Part shown: in pieces, positions 21,441 to 37,000 of the stretch
Layout of the letters: every line of letters begins with the position of its first letter
Position numbering within the stretch: the first letter of the stretch is position 1
Assembly: GCA_000934665.2 (NCBI GenBank)
Contig: JYFJ02000553.1
Span: 62,001 to 123,038, forward strand
Length of the DNA stretch: 61,038 nucleotides
DNA from: Catajapyx aquilonaris
Taxonomy: Eukaryota
Reading direction: 5' to 3'
Position numbers and translations under genes: made by a program
The notes under the pieces: generated by a model
Told to the model about the DNA's origin: nothing
Database searches by the model: none
The model's input: only the letters and a program-made list of their open reading frames with translations

Positions 21441-24400
21441 GTGATTAAGGCGCAACAATCGCACACTTAATGACCTCTCTTACTCCTGTATAGCAACAGA
21501 CCTTGCCCTAATCAAATTATTCAAGATGATTTCCCATGTTGCTAAATAATACTAAAGAATTTAAGGCAAGGCAACTGCCAACTTCACTCCGAACTGTACT
21601 CTGGCTTATTGATTAAGCACTCCCCCCACCTCGTCAGGAGCAAAAAGCGAATATTAAATTTTTCCATTAAGGTGGGGGGCGCATAGAATGACACTTTACT
21701 CCAGCCCCCCGTTTATTGCAAATAAAACATGAGAACCTAGGAGCCGGTTTAGTCAAGTTCACCCGATCAAGAAATATTTTCCCTTCAGACATTCTGCATC
21801 AAGTAACACACAGCAGCGCCTCACAATCTAATTAGCACTATTGTACAATTATTTTTTTGCATAAAGAAAATGAAAGAACTTCCAGTCGACTGCCAGGAAA
21901 ATTATTCGTCGTCAAAGAGAAAGCGAAATAATTTGTCATCTCCGCACAGCTTTTCTTCGCGATGACAAAAGCTGTGACTTCTCTTGGTTCAAATTGCAAG
22001 CCGGTGGGCTTGGGTCACTTGTTGCCAGACCAGTCATTGTGGAAAGTCGATAATACTAGTCCCGGAGTAGGGGCGTGGATCCGAAGAAAAGTTGCAAATG
22101 TCGCTTCACAATGGGGCCTTTTCAAAGTGCGGGGGAATGTCTAAGGAGAAGCCGGGCTGTCGAAGGGAATTTATGAAGCGTCACGCAGAACTGAGTTTTT
22201 GCCACCATGGGCCCGGGTTTATAGGGAACGGGCCTGGAACCCACCCCAGATCAATACTGTTAACAGGCAATAATTTAGCAGCTTTACAATGCTTCTGACC
22301 GGTGGGACATTGCCCACCCTGCTTTTTACCCGCGTCTCCCTGTAGCACTCAAATATTTATTGATAGCACATCGCTTTTTCATGCTATAGCAAAATGCAAA
22401 TGAGCAGTAATGCCTTCGGGTGTAAACGCTTATTTTTATACGTCGCATAAGTCTGGCGGAAATCCCCAAGTAGAGCCGAGCACGACTAATAAATACCAGG
22501 CATGTTCCGGAGCTGCGCCGTAAACAGCTTAAAACGACGCACATTTTTATGCAGAAGAAATATATAAACTGAACTTTTTTTCGAACCCTTCTGGGCTAAC
22601 GTTCTCCTATAAATCATGCAGCAGACTTCTCATCTCGTATTCGGTCCCCGGTAGAAGATGGAACCTCTGTGCCTGACACGTGGACCGTTCTGTCAACCAT
22701 ATACCAATACCCCTCCTCTTTCTGTTCAGCCCCCTATATGTTTCAATACCGTTGCAAATTGGATTATTGTAGCCGGGTACACGTAACCAGGCTCGGCCAG
22801 GAGATAATGAGATGTGTGAACAGTGCTATGTACCTTCTCTCTGTACAGACCTCGTTCGGCTTGGTTATTTTGGGTGGAGAGAGAAAATTTCCACCGACCG
22901 CCTGAAGGGGGCCGGCTCTCTCTTTTTTTAGAGTTTTAAAGTAAAAAAAGGAGAAGAGATTCGACTAGAACATGCACCGAAAAAGGATCACGCCGTTTCT
23001 GGCGGGCTTGTTTTTCTTGCTAATTAAAACTTTTCCATTTTTCGGTGCGTGCTATGTCTATGAAGAGACAGAGCTTTCCTTGTACAAACCGGCGAGGTCA
23101 ACCGTTCTGTTGTCAACCAGAAAACCCAATCATCAGCGACACTCGCTAATTACTTTACAGTTTGTTCATTAGCAGCACGTCACTTGCAAAAGTGCAATGG
23201 ATGTGCATTTGGAAATGCACAGGGGGATGTCAGAGGCTAAATTGCTACATTTTATCTGCTGCCTGCCACCAATCTGACCTCCCCACAAACAAATCAGCCG
23301 ATTCGTGCAACCCCTACCCAGTGATTGCTGACATGAAACACACCTGTACATATCTCGGTTTGCCAGGCAGCGAGTGATAATTGGAAAAGTATGGGGGCAT
23401 CTAGGGAAAGATAGCAGAAGTGTGTGGCAAAAGTTCCTGATTTAACCAAACACGAAAGGGTTTACAAGTGTACAAACTTGTCAGCTACGATGCGATTATC
23501 CGTATGAGTCGATTAGCCGAATTTTGCCATTTCGTGTAAATGCTTGCAATAATCCGTAATCCTGGCGTAATATGGTGTATGAATATGCAAATATTTTTAG
23601 CACATATTCTTTTGCGATTGGTGACAGCAGCAACTTTCGTCCACACTCGGTTGCAGTTGACGAGACCGGTCTGACTTTGTAGCTCTGCCTCTTCGCTAAA
23701 TACGTGCCCTGTCCGTGCGGAGGACATTCTCAGACTTAGAACCGGCACTTTCACGCGAACACGCCAACAATCGTTGCAGATTTTTTTCTGTACCGGCCTC
23801 TTACTCCAGCTAGACCACCAGAGGGCCTGGTGCGAAAAGTAGAGCTAGTGTAGTGACGGACTCTCACTTGCGAATCGTTGCCAAATAGACTTGTTCACCA
23901 TTCTTATTGCAGGCTCTTGTTCCAAGTTGGACAAGGTCCAACATGCTGAGGAAGCAACAGAGTGGTCCATTTTTTTTTGCCGTCCGCACGAAAAGAGCAT
24001 CCTGATCACCTGATGGTCTTTGCCCCAGGTCAAAACCCCACAGACCTTGTGCGCAGCTTCCGCCTACGTCGGATCCGTTTCATCCTCAACACTCACACAC
24101 AACAATGCAATGGTACAATAGGATCACACTATCACTGAACTCTCCATAGCCACTCCCGCACTAGGCCGGGCCCATTTGACCATTAATTTTTTTTAAACAA
24201 TTTTTGCGGTCAGAGAGTCGGCCCCGGCGACGGCCCAGTCTCGCAACCCAGGCCCAATGCTCTGAAACTGCCTGCCTACACCCCTGCCCAGCCTGCCCCA
24301 ACACACCGGCGCATTCGCCGGAGCTTTCCGGGTATTGATTCCGCCCAAGCAGCCATCTTGTGTGGGACCCGTCCACAGGGGGGGAGAGGGTTTGAGGGGG

Positions 24401-27400
24401 CGAAGTTTTAAGGGGGGGGATTTCTGTTGGAAAAAAAAAACTAGAGGACCAGGAGAGAGACCATGGGCTGGCTCTTCAAATCCCAGCAGTCCTACACTTC
24501 TTGTTAGCTGGGAGCAAACCAGGATGTAGTAGGGTGCGAACTATTACTGTAAATGCGCCACGTGAAGCGTCCTTTCCGCCTCTCCCCAGTTGGGACCGAG
24601 GGACGAAGGGGGGGGGGGGGTCAACGACTCGGGACAAATTCCTAGTGTGCCAGCCAGTGCCCTATATTTTAACAAATGTGCGGGGGGAAACATTGCGGAT
24701 GAAGACTGCGTTTTTATTTCTGAAGAGGGAATTTGCGCATAGTGTCCGATTCGTGGACAGTAAACTTGCGAATTTCTAGGGAAAAATTAGCTAAACTGTC
24801 ACTACAATGAATATGCAAATTGGGGTCAAAATTGCAATGATTAACTGCTACAACACGTTCTCCTATGAAATGTCCTAGAACAACTATTTAAAAATATTTA
24901 TCCTGGAATAGTGCAACCTTCAAACTTGTCGTCCCAATGACACTGCGCTCCAATTGTTCGTGTGTTAAGGTGTGCTTTGATTGCAATGCAATGTGAACAA
25001 ATATCCTGCAAGCTAGGTGATCCGTCAAGCACCGGTTGCTTGAAAGTGGCGTAATCTGCAGGATGATCCCTCCCGATGCCTAATAATATTCACCGGATTG
25101 ATGATATGAAAATTGGCATGCCCTTACTGTAAAATGTAAGTTGTAAAATGTCGGCTTCTAAATATTTCATTACATACTTAGGCCGGGTTTCATCAAGTTG
25201 GTTAAAATTTAGAACCTCGGTTATAACAAGAATTGACATAGCATCCATTGTTGACAGCAATCAAAAGTAAGGATTTTCCGGGAAAAAACTCGGATTTATC
25301 ATATAACCTGCTCGGTAAAACGGGGCATAAACCATAACTTTTAAAAGCACAGTTTTTATTGACTCACACATAAAATAAAATGGGGATGTATCAGAGGGAC
25401 AGGTCGTGGGTCGGTACCCTCAGTTCCTGGGCGCATTAGTACTTATGCAATATTTGAAAGCTATTACATATTTTAACGTTTGTGTAAAGTGCTGCCTTTT
25501 CAAACGCGCACCGGATGTAATTAACGACCCGTTTGTAATTGCTAGAAAACACGCCAGGTTCGGAATTAAGCAATTGCGTGCCCGTTAACAAGGTCATGGC
25601 ATTGTTATTTTTTTGGTGGGGGGTCAGTCCCCGGAAGCTGGGTCCAAAAGATCTAGGCTATCAATCGGTGTTGGGGAAAAGGGGGTCTGGGAAAAACGAC
25701 GTCCCCTCAAACCCTAGAGAAGCAACAAAACTCCTTAGATATAGGGGGAAAAGGTGGGGGTAAGATATCGACCATTCCAAGTCGGTAGGGTGGGCTCCAT
25801 CTCAGAGTACACGAAGAGAAAGCGAATCCCTCGCATTTTCTTTTCCTTTCTCCTTCTTCCCCTTTTTTTATCCGGAGCCAAAAGTTTTTGAGAGGCGCAA
25901 GGAATTCCGAGGGATTATGGCGCCCGAGAGGATCTGCCAACTTGCACACTTTTTCGATTACAACGGGGGGACCCCCCTTGTACGTACCGCCCCCACTTTT
26001 GCAAGCTGGAAAAATTCCTGGACTAGTTAGCAAGGTGCTTCATAGGCCAGGGAACAAGCGCGTATACACTCATATGTTTGCTTTCACAGCCGGCAAACAC
26101 CCCCGAGCCCTCAGAGCGATATGGTCAACTCGCGACTGTCCACTTTTATTTCCTCTTCAGGCCGAATATACATGGTAGAAATATTGTACATGGTGGCCCA
26201 CATGCACATTACTCATAAGAGGAAAAACAATGCAAAATGAATATAGCCCATTTCATCCCGAAATCATAATAATGAATAATTAAATTAACATGGACTTGGG
26301 CAGTGTACCATCCTGTACGGCAGCTAGTGAATATTGTAGTTGTAGACACAGAAGTGTTTGCTTTTCTGTGGGCGGTGTAGATCTTTGGTACCGGGTAGCG
26401 TACGCATGCGGGACTGCAAGAAAGCTCATTGATCAGGGACCTGTCAGCACGCCAAGAAAGTTTTTGGATTTTTGCAGGGAGGGCCAGACAGGCAAAGGCG
26501 GCATGCACGCACTCAGGATGTCCAGAGGTCCACGTCGCATTTTATAACCCACCCTCAACCCATAGCAGTACCTCAAATCCTCCAGTTCCGTTTAGACCGG
26601 AAGCAATGGCGGCCAAAAGAGTTACCGTACGCCACCGATCGAGATCACACGGCGCTTCGGGAGATCCATGCTTATCGCAGCCATTAACGACTCTCTTCCG
26701 ATACAGCTCCGCCACACTTCTTAGTTAGTACAATACTACTTGAACATGATTTTTTTTACACATTTAAAAACATTTGTATCCCACAGAGATTTCTCCCAAC
26801 TAAGTCAACAACTTGTGATATGTACAGATGTCAAATTCTTACACTATGTGAAGGTCGTCATCTTGAGGTGAACGCATGCAATCAAAAGCTCTACGTGATA
26901 GTGTGATAAGCCAGCATATAATGACTGCAATCCGACATTTGCGGCCCTGTTCGTGCCGATAGTTGCGCATTTTAGTTGATGGAGTGCCCTAAAGAAATTT
27001 AAGCCATTTAAAAAAAGAGGTTACCGATAAGTTCTAGAAAAGTGATAACCCGCCCGGTGCTGGCTTAATGTAGCAGTTTTCAGTGATTAATTATTTTAGG
27101 TGGCGGTACTTTTGCACACGTCAGGATGAAAATATGCGGGAGTAATTATTTACCACCTTAACGACGGATATGGTTGCAAGGAGCCTGCAACTGCACGAGA
27201 CGATATTAAATCAAGACATTTCGGTTTGTTGACCTCAAATTAGATCCCTCGAAGCCTTACAAACACGCAAAATTTGACGAAATGACCGGGTCAATAAACT
27301 GCACACCTAATGGACGCGCAAACTTGATTCGCAAGAACACAAACTCACTTCCTAATCATCCGGGACCTTATTATTATTACAAGGGACCCTGAGAAATTTC

Positions 27401-30400
27401 TTCCCCCATCCTCTAGAGAGATCCGTAGTGAAATAATTATCTCGGCAAGACACCTGACTGCTAATTTGTCGAAACACGAGCAGTAGCAATTAGTCAACTT
27501 TTCTGATTACCCTTTACCCTTTGGAGAGAGAAACGGGGGTACAAATTGATTGACTTAAATTCCCCCCCACTTCGACATTGTTTATCCTTCCCCTAAGGCT
27601 TTGATCCTACTCGACTTATTACACGCGTACTTGACTGCTTCTGCCATTATTATGCAAAGCACTCACTATGCTCCCACCAAGAAAATATGCTCCGCTCAAA
27701 TGAGCGGTAACAAGTCGGATTTTCTTTCGAGGCTAGGTGTATGGAAGCAGGTGAGCACGTTTTGCGTAATGAAAATTTAACGACGTCTGGGAAGTGGCGA
27801 CCTCCGAGAGCAAACAAGCGTTCTCCCTAATTCTGCAGATGGGGACCCCCCCAGCTTTTCGGATGGGGAAGAGTTTGGACCATCGGATTTCGACTCCATT
27901 AGGTTGGTACGGCTGGGTATTTCCACTCTCCGAACCAGCGAAAAGCCTCTTGTACTTTACCCTACCCCCAGCAAAGCTTTAGGTTTGTGGATTTACAAAC
28001 TACTTGATGCTACCCATCGGAGGTTTGTTCCAAGGACGAGCATAATACACTGAGTTAGTTCAATCTGAGCTAAAAACCGGACACATGACTCTCGGTTTTT
28101 TTTTCCAGGCTGTGGTTTTTCTCTGGCTTTTCTCCTGGGGGAATAGTGTGCCTGAGCTATAAGAGATGTATAACCGGGGACAACATCACGCGCGTGCATG
28201 CTGCACCCGCAGGCACTACTCGTAATGAAATTTCCGTCTGCTGCGTGGTATTTATGCAGCAGGTTGTGCCATCAACGCGTGGGAAAGCATCCAGTTGTGT
28301 TTTCATTGCCGTGTCAAAACGGTTCCTAAATATTATTTCCCTTGCCCCATTTACGGCAGCGGGGGGGTTCTTGCACCTTTAATGCAAGCCAGTACTCCTT
28401 AAGGCCATAAAATACCTTTAATGGCGGATCAAGAACCCCCCGTCACCTCAACACTTTGGCTAAAGTGTAATAAGGTACAGTACATTAGGTGGTGATGTGA
28501 CACAATGAGTCCTGACTAGAAAATTGAATCCAGATTGCAGGGGTGTAATAGAGTCGTAACCTCGTGTCATCTTTAAGTGAAAAGGAGCCTTTGCAGCGTA
28601 CGATAAGGCAGTGTTCACACGCAGAACAGGGCTTTAAAACAGTTTATTAATTGTGCCGGCGTTTCCAACTGGTTGCTGGAGAAAACAATTCGCACAGTGA
28701 ACTGTCATACGCGTGAATTTGCCAGAGTTTCACTGAACATCCCATCTGCTTTATAAGTATTAAAACATTTAATGAGCACTTTTACGGTGCTGGGTCACGT
28801 GCTGTGAAATATTTATTAATTATTAATAACCGCCATTTGTTATTAATAAAATCGGCTGTTTTCCCTCATTATTTGGATTAATCTTCAATGGAACCAAATC
28901 AATACCCGACAATGCAGCAATAATGTGCTGAGTAAATGGGGCACTATATGCTGATGCGCTCTGAATAATTCAAACTGAGACCACATTATCTGGGCCTCAC
29001 TCGATACCTGCTGTCCGTGAGAACACCCTTGTCGTGGATTTCTCGAGGTGGAAAACCCTGTATCGACATGTCCCCTCTTGATACCTTTCGCCCTGATTGA
29101 TTATTGATAAACGTCTCCTGTATTTAGCGCTTTTGCACCACGAATAAGAGAACATGCTGAAACCTATCACGTAAAAGTCTGCGTGCTAAACCTTGCAGCA
29201 GCATAATGCATAATTAAATTCGACGCACTGCATTACTCCGCATATTGCTGAAGGTCAGCACCGATGCTTATAAGATAGGGCGCTGCTTCATTTCCGCGGA
29301 ATTTATTGCTCAATTAATGCCTTTGTTTCAAGTGCCTCTCAGGGGCTGGCGTGATAGCTTGACATTGTCTCTTTCCTCTCTGGTCTTTTCTCTTTCTCTC
29401 ACGGTATTATTATTATGCTACAACCCAAAACCCAGATGAAGTTACTATGCTGCGACACGAACCCTTTTTCATGCTCTAGAGGACAAGAAGTTTCAAAAAA
29501 GAGCAGAAGCTCCTTTTTCAAAGTGCAGTTTGAGGTGTCTGGAGGGAAAATCCCCTAAAGGGTGATATCTCCTTTCCAGGCTCTTTGCATGCAGTTCAAA
29601 AGCTGTTTCAGACAAGTGCAGGGAGTTAACTCGTATTACGTTTCAGAAGACGGGTTGAAAAAAAAAATAGGCGACAGACCAGACAGACAGGAAAAGCAAA
29701 ACCCTAGGGATGTAACCGCAAAAGGCTTGACCTCGAATCAGTGACATTACGACTGGCGGGGTTCATTACGGGACTATTGTACGGATAAGAAATGGAGAGT
29801 GCTGGGGAGGTCTCACTTCAGGGAGTCGTTTGTGCAGTTCAGAATAGGTCGTTAAGGGTGGTAAAATGCTGCTGAGTCTATTTAGAAGCATAACTATAGC
29901 AATTTCCGCTGCTCCGTTGCACATTTGCTTGAACGGACCGAGGAAAACACATTGTTTCAATCAGTGGATTTCGCCAGGACTCCAATTGATTTCACCTGCA
30001 TGGCACAGATTTGTCTTATACGTCTGAGACTCCGAAGAAATTTTCCAGATTACTTACAGTTCACCTGACTACGAATTCCCTACACACTACTAGAGATCCA
30101 AAATCCCATGATGGTAGTCTCCCTGAGGGAAGATTACACTGGGGCGAACATGCGTCTTTGCTGACGAGCACATTTCCAATGCAAAACGAACGAAATGTTG
30201 CACTGTAGCCTATACATTAATTAGCATAAATTCGAGCCCTTGCGACTGACTGTACATAATAAATTATGGTCAGTGGCTTAATCACCCACAAAAAATATTA
30301 CAATAGTAATCAGTCAGCACATTAGACCACATCTGCTGTATTCTGGGCCATGTTTGGGGGAAAAAACACAGCTGCGCAAAAAAACAATGGCATTCAAAAA

Positions 30401-33400
30401 TACATCACTGTCACAGCTTGCACTGCACATACTATTGTGATAGAATCGACGTTTGTAGCGTTAATAATGCATAAATCACCCTTAATAAACCGCAAACATA
30501 ACGCTTGGAAAACAATGCGTGCTGCATACGCATGCTATGCAACTGCGCTTCCTCGGCGCATTGCAGTGACATTTGCCCACTGCAGGTATTTATTTGATTA
30601 CAGTTTTTTTTACAGTTATACTGTATGTACAAAAGGCATCAGAGAACGATCGTTTTACTTTGTTGCACAGTGCATGATTTATTAAACGGCGTTTAAAAAT
30701 GGTTACACCTATCTTGTTTGCATATCTCCCACGAACAGTACGTTGTTCATTAACTACGTGCCACATTGCCAACTTCGTAATCATCGCAAAAGCCTGGAAT
30801 ATGTGTAAATTTTCTCGCTCCCAGTCCCAGTCAAGTTTCATCAGGACCACAAATTCTGCCAATGCAGTCCCAAAACTTTGAACAACACGTGACGTTCGAG
30901 CCAGCCAGCCGCCGACACACATAAAAAATGTGACAGATATCAATGTAATTCCCGCGGGTTCATCCTGATCTTGCTGACCATTTGGATTCTTCCTATTGAT
31001 CCTGCCAGGCACGATCGCCGGGAGACGTGGATAAACACGACCGGTGGGTATACTGTAAGTCCACCCCCTCCACTTCACCAACTTTCCCGTACACTATACC
31101 CTTTTCCCCCCCTAGGCACATCCTCACTTTATCGAATTACATCCAAGTGGCATTTCTAAGCCCGGTTCATCTTGTGGTTATTGAATGTTCCGAATAGCTA
31201 ATTAGCCGGAACTTGCTGGGCCCCCTATATCCTAGAGAGAGAGAAGCGGACTGTACCAGTGCTTATTAGTGAAGCTGGTGGAGTCAGTTCGGCCGGGAAA
31301 TGTGACTCCGGATGAAGGCTTGTCGCTAAGCAGAAAGTGCGCTCTTTCTTTTTTCATTTTTTTTTCGGGACAAGGGAGTTTGCACAGTTTCCCAGGACTT
31401 GAGCCTTGCACTGCAGCGACACCTGTATTTTCCGCCTGTCTGATCCTCTTCCGGACGTTGTTTTATGGTGAAATAACCCCCTCCCTTTTCAGATGCATTA
31501 TGTCTAGTAATTAACTATGACGGTTAATTAAGCCTCAGTATTTTACAGTAACAGGAACGTGATTTATATCTATCCGTATAATGCCAATCGTTTCATTTGA
31601 TGAGAGGTAATCCTTCAAAGCTACACACATTTCAGTGTGGCGTGTAAGAACGATTCATAACGAGCCAGGAAGCCAGGATGTTCTGTGTTTTTCGATGGTA
31701 CTAAGGTAAAAAAAATCATTACACCCAATTGACCCAGTAAGCTTACTATAGAGAAATATATGCTTAAACGTCACACTGAAACGTTGCAACTAAACTTAGA
31801 ATGTAAGTCATGATACTTTGCGGCCTTGACTCGTCCTGTACTTTCAGCACCGTGCAAATTGAAATTCCCACGGGAAAAAAGCACTAGTTAACGATAAGGT
31901 GCACACCAGCTGTGGGAGAAATCTATGAGGAAACTAGGCGATATCGAGTCCCGCCATGTTTAGCAACTTTCTCCGTTACGTATAGGAAACTAAGGCATCG
32001 GTTTGCTGTCTGGGTCGATAAAATCATTGCTGACACTAATGGTTTTCGCCAATCCTAAATTAAGGTTCGCCCAATTTTTTTTCGCGCTTTTCCACTCTGG
32101 CTAGCTTGATCATTTTCTTTTGCAGACAGCAACATTTTCCATCCAAACGAATGAAAATACCTGTCATTTTTGGAGGGGAATACCCAAAGCTCGCATCTCA
32201 TCGGTCGGCCACAGGGCGAGTAATCACTCCTGGATGGAATTTGACATCAAAAGAAGGATGGCTCTATTCGTCACCAAGATCACCAACCAACAGTTTATCG
32301 ATCAACACTAACCTCCTTTTTTCGCTTGCAAAAAAAAACTCGCTCTATGTCAACACGGCTTGTAATTTATCCTCTAGGGGTTTTTTTTTGTAAGTTTCGT
32401 CTTTTTGGGGTTGGGTATGGGTTGGCCCGGGCTGTCACGGTGGTGGGGAGGATATGAGAAAGGAGGTGGGGTATTCTCCAAATGCAAGTTCGCAGGAAGC
32501 CACTTACGTGCATCCACTTTGTCAATTCCTATACTTTTTGAGCAGTGTCAAACTCCTTTTTTCACATTTTCTCGAAGAGTCAGCACCAGACTGTACAAGA
32601 AGGATGGGCAGACTCAAAAGTAGGCCGACCCCAAAACGCGTTTTTCTGATTCAAAAATTCAACAATATTGATCTGGGTGGGGGGTGGGGATGGGAGGAAC
32701 ACTCATTATTGAATAATTTTACCTATTCGCTCCGGCTGCATGTACAATGGAAACCAACTTGCACGAGGTTGGACCGAAACTTTCACACCGCTGTGGCCTT
32801 CCTTTTTCCCCAACTGCATTGTGTTAGATCAGTCTATTTTCCGTCCGACGCCCGCATAGACTCAATTACTTCTTATATCAGAAAAGCACTCCGGAAGGCA
32901 TCTTTCCATTGCATGTCTGGAGTTAAATTTAGAACTAGGCAGTGTATGGCTTCACCTATTTTTTCTTCTTCTCCTGGCCCCTTTCAAGATCGTTGTGGAG
33001 TGATACAAGAGTCGGGGTCTAATACTTACAAACGATTTCCACTCCCATTCACCAAGATTTATGCAGCAGATCCGCGAGTAAAGCTCTACAGGGTGCTCTT
33101 AGCAGCAGGACTTTTGGCACCCCAGTGTTCACCACAAAGGGCTGAATCGTGTCAGGTGTCTTAATCACTGACTGAAAATAAGGCTTCTGGTTCTTGCGGC
33201 CGCGTCACGAAGAGAATCTAAAATGGGGAACGTTAACTCGGCTCTGCTTCGGGAGGTCCGGAACTAGGAGGGGAAAAAAATATATTTACAACTGCTTTCC
33301 GTGGCGAGATCGTGACTTACTTGCTCAATTAGGACTCGAGTGTCGGTGTTCAGATAACTACGGACTATTTATGCAGTGTATGAATATTCTCCTAAATTGC

Positions 33401-33998
33401 CTGACAGATGCAGCCAACTATTGGGCAGCACATGTGAACTACCTGCCACTCAAATTAATATTTGCGTAAAAGTTGATGCGTTGTTATTATACATTGACGC
33501 GCAATCGTTGCAAATAAAATAATGTCATTATCACTTATTATTAGGCATATTCACTGTGTCACATTATAAACATTCCCATTGTTATTTCGATCAAGCAGCA
33601 AACATAATTAATCCTGATTTTAAAAAGCAAAAAATATAGTGTAAAAACCACCTGCATATTACTTCTTGCGTGTGTTTGGTTCTCATAGTATGTGACGTAG
33701 GCGGTCAGGAAATCCTTCTAATAATAGCCTGGTAATAATTAGTTGCGAAATAGCTTTTCCGGACGTTCAGGCAGGGTTACCGGGAATTTCCAACTGATAC
33801 GTGCATCCACCAGTCCCGGGAATTGAATCTGGATTTAAAACTACGGAAAATAGGATTTTATATCTACCTCATGCGCTCGATACATTAATTAAATTAAAGA
33901 CGAACGTGTTGTTTCGGTAATATTTTATTTAATTTACAACTGCAGGACCCATTATAGTGCATTTAATGAATTCCAATCCATTTAGGGTATATTTTGAA

Positions 33999-34091
33999 TG
34001 CCAAGTTTCAGCACTCTCAGTAGTCTGAAAGTGGGTTATGTAGCCATGACATACAAACATGCAGAGAAACTTTACCATTTATACTGTAAGA
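33999..34091 (-). mobile_element. Helitron-like 5' end fragment
   Basis: Reverse complement tcttacagtataaatggtaaagtttctctgcatg...ataacccactttcagactactgagagtgctgaaacttggca matches 53807-53893 and resembles arthropod Helitron 5' ends (TC..TATAAA..GAAAGTTT..TGT..AACTACT..GAAACTTGG). Confidence 0.6.
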
Positions 34092-37000
34092 GAAAATAGG
34101 CAATATACTGCCAGTTATGCTACCACCTTTGCTATGCGAGTCACATAACTCACAGAATATTCCATAGCAACACGAAAATTCAGGAATATCTGTGTCCAAA
34201 CTGGAAAGCGCTGGAAGAAATATCTGCAGCCAGAAAAACACAGCGGCAATTTGTCTTCAGCATTCGCACAAATAGGCTGCACTCACGTGCAGCAGACGAA
34301 CGTCAGAATTACACTTTATCTACATTACAAGCGGACCTGCATGCTGCACAAAATTCTTGGTCGTTTCGCACGTGAGATACGTGATCCGCCTACAATGCTG
34401 TGTCGGTGTGACTTGCAATAAAGCATGATTATACCCAGCTTGAAAAATTATCTTGACATTTCTACCTGGTTCCGTTTCCAAAATACTAAAGAAACTATGC
34501 ACATTTTCGTGATTAATTTTCAACGCAGCATTTGATTTAATCGTTCCGCAACAAGTAAGTGATCAGGAGCTAAAAGTCACATTCGATCTCTTCATTTGGA
34601 AAGCATTCCTCGATTTCCAGCTAACTCGACGGGGATGCCTTCATAAGCCCTGAGAGCCCCCCTAATATCCCACCACCCCCGCGGGAGTTGATGAAAATGT
34701 CGCGTGCGTGCCATTGCCACGTTGGATCATTACCCTGGTCCCACGCAGGGAGAAAGTACATTTTGCAAACAACAAAAAAATGCGCCATATAAACTCAGAG
34801 GAGACCGGAGCAGCATGCGGGGAGGCAAAGGCATCAGTTCCTTCAACTCCACTACCAGAGCAGTTCTTTTTCGCAAAAAATTTTCCCCCGGAAAAGAAAT
34901 CGAATTTCAGGAGTTTCTGGAACGGTACCGGTGGCATACAAAAGAGTGTCCGGGACTATAAATTGGGAAACAAAGCGCATTGTTCCTGAAGCTCGCTGGA
35001 TTAAGACGGAGTGGACATGCTGGTCGAAGCTGAATCGACATTCTCGAAGGAAACGGGGCTCGAAGTTAAGGAAGAAGAAAAATCAGCTCTTGTCAGGCTC
35101 CCATGTTTCAGTATTCAGACTGCGAAAACTTGTCGCTAGTGCAGTAATTAGCGATCGAAAACTAGAAAACCTCCTGAAGCACTGTTTTTCCAGAGAGGAA
35201 ATGAAAAGTTTGGGGCCGCTCCAAAAACTTGGAACTCAGAAAGTAAAAGGGGGGGTTCCTCCCCTAGGGAAGGGCTTTTGTTTGGGCCGAAACTAAATAC
35301 TGCATAGTTGTTCCAACTCATTTGGGCAAACGCAACAAATCCAAACGGGGAATCCCCCCTGCCTGTTTTGCCACCTACCAAGTTAGTGTAGCGTGTGAGC
35401 CATCCGAATTACTTACTGCCGGATTACTCCGCGTGACTTGCCCGCAAACCCTGACATCCTCCCCGGAAATTTGATGCAGGAGCCTGGGTATTCAAGCGTG
35501 GGTCATTTAAGTCTACGCAAAACCTAATCTACGCGAAATGCTGTGGCCTCCGCATAAACTATATGGGCGGGGAGGACTCCTAGAAATTTAATCCTCGAAC
35601 ATAAATGCGAGACAAGCGGATTTCGCAGATAAATTGTTGCAGAGTGCGATGGTGACATTGGCCACAATAGAAATGGCGCAGGAGGCGAAAGCCTCCCCAC
35701 TTAACAGTGGAAACAACCGTCCCACAAAAAAACAGGTTCAAACACTAACCGAGAGAGAAAAAAGTTCGGGACATTCCCGCAATTACTTATATCCCTAGAC
35801 TAAGCTCCGAAATGCGAGGAGATTCACAGTGAAATGCGTAATTTCTTCCTCTAATTAATTACAGCATGTTCTCTTCGTCCACCGCATGCAATTTCAACAA
35901 TAATTCCGAATATTGCACCGCACCTAACGAGTCTTATACTATTTACGAAATGGGGCAGTCACTTTAGGTAGGTCATGCATTTGTTTAATCTTGCAAATGA
36001 TTACAGGGCACCGAATCCAATCAATTAAACACACCTTTCCCATCTACGTGAGCAATATTTCATACGGTTTTAGAGGCAGCGAATAGATTACAAGCACTAT
36101 TGTGCCATTCATTTAGGCGTCAACAATGATAATACCCACATTAGTGGTGGTGTTTGCCTGACGTCACACATAATAAACAAAATTAACTGCGGACAATGCC
36201 AGTACCAGTGTACTATAACCCTATTCATTTCTTGATCTGGCGAACATTGTGAACCAACCTGTATCCTCTATTGGACACCTAGACTTAATTATTTACTGCC
36301 TTGCTATGGACCTTATCGGAATAACACTAAGTTCGAGAGTGATACTCAAGATATGGCGCTACAGAGCGACTAAATACACCAGTCACTCGTCTGGCGAGCA
36401 AACTTAGCAGCTTTCCATGACAAGATGGCGGTTCAGGGAAAAAAAGACAAAAGCGACAAAAATGAAGTGGTGAAAATGTGATATTTATCTTTGTCTTAAT
36501 GCAGAAGTGGATTTTTCGGAATTTTAAAATGATCCCCATATGGAATCAAAAACTTTCATGATACTGTACTTTGTTCTCCTTGCAATTTAAAAAATTTATT
36601 GAAAAATGTAGAGAAGGACTAGACCGGATGTCCAATATATTGGCCATCTGATTTTTCAAAAGGTGATTGCAAAAAAAATGAAATTATTAAACATGTCTTC
36701 TACACCTCCCCTATACAGAGCGTTCTTTCCGAGTATTACTAAATAATTGCATGAATATCTTCTCGGGTCTCCTGTGGGTATATTTTTGACTTTTTATTTA
36801 AAGAACAGGATGCGACACACTCCAGATCACACGACAGAGATGGTCTTTCAATAATTTTCTCCGGTGTTGCCTCAAAGCCCACCAACAGAAAAGGAGGAAG
36901 AGAGTGATGAAAATCCTCACGACAGACTTATCGGTTCTTCCCAGCACACTAGGTCTGGAGATAGGCCCGTGAAAGGGGGGAGGGGTCTTAGGGCATCAGA

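Noticed and set aside
28360..28442. ~13-bp inverted repeat (ggggggttcttg / caagaacccccc)
   Set aside because: Short and homopolymer-driven, with no TSD or second copy.
32454..33164. 236-aa plus-strand ORF
   Set aside because: No recognisable motifs and intron-like composition; likely chance. The same applies to 45698-46273 and 54129-54650.
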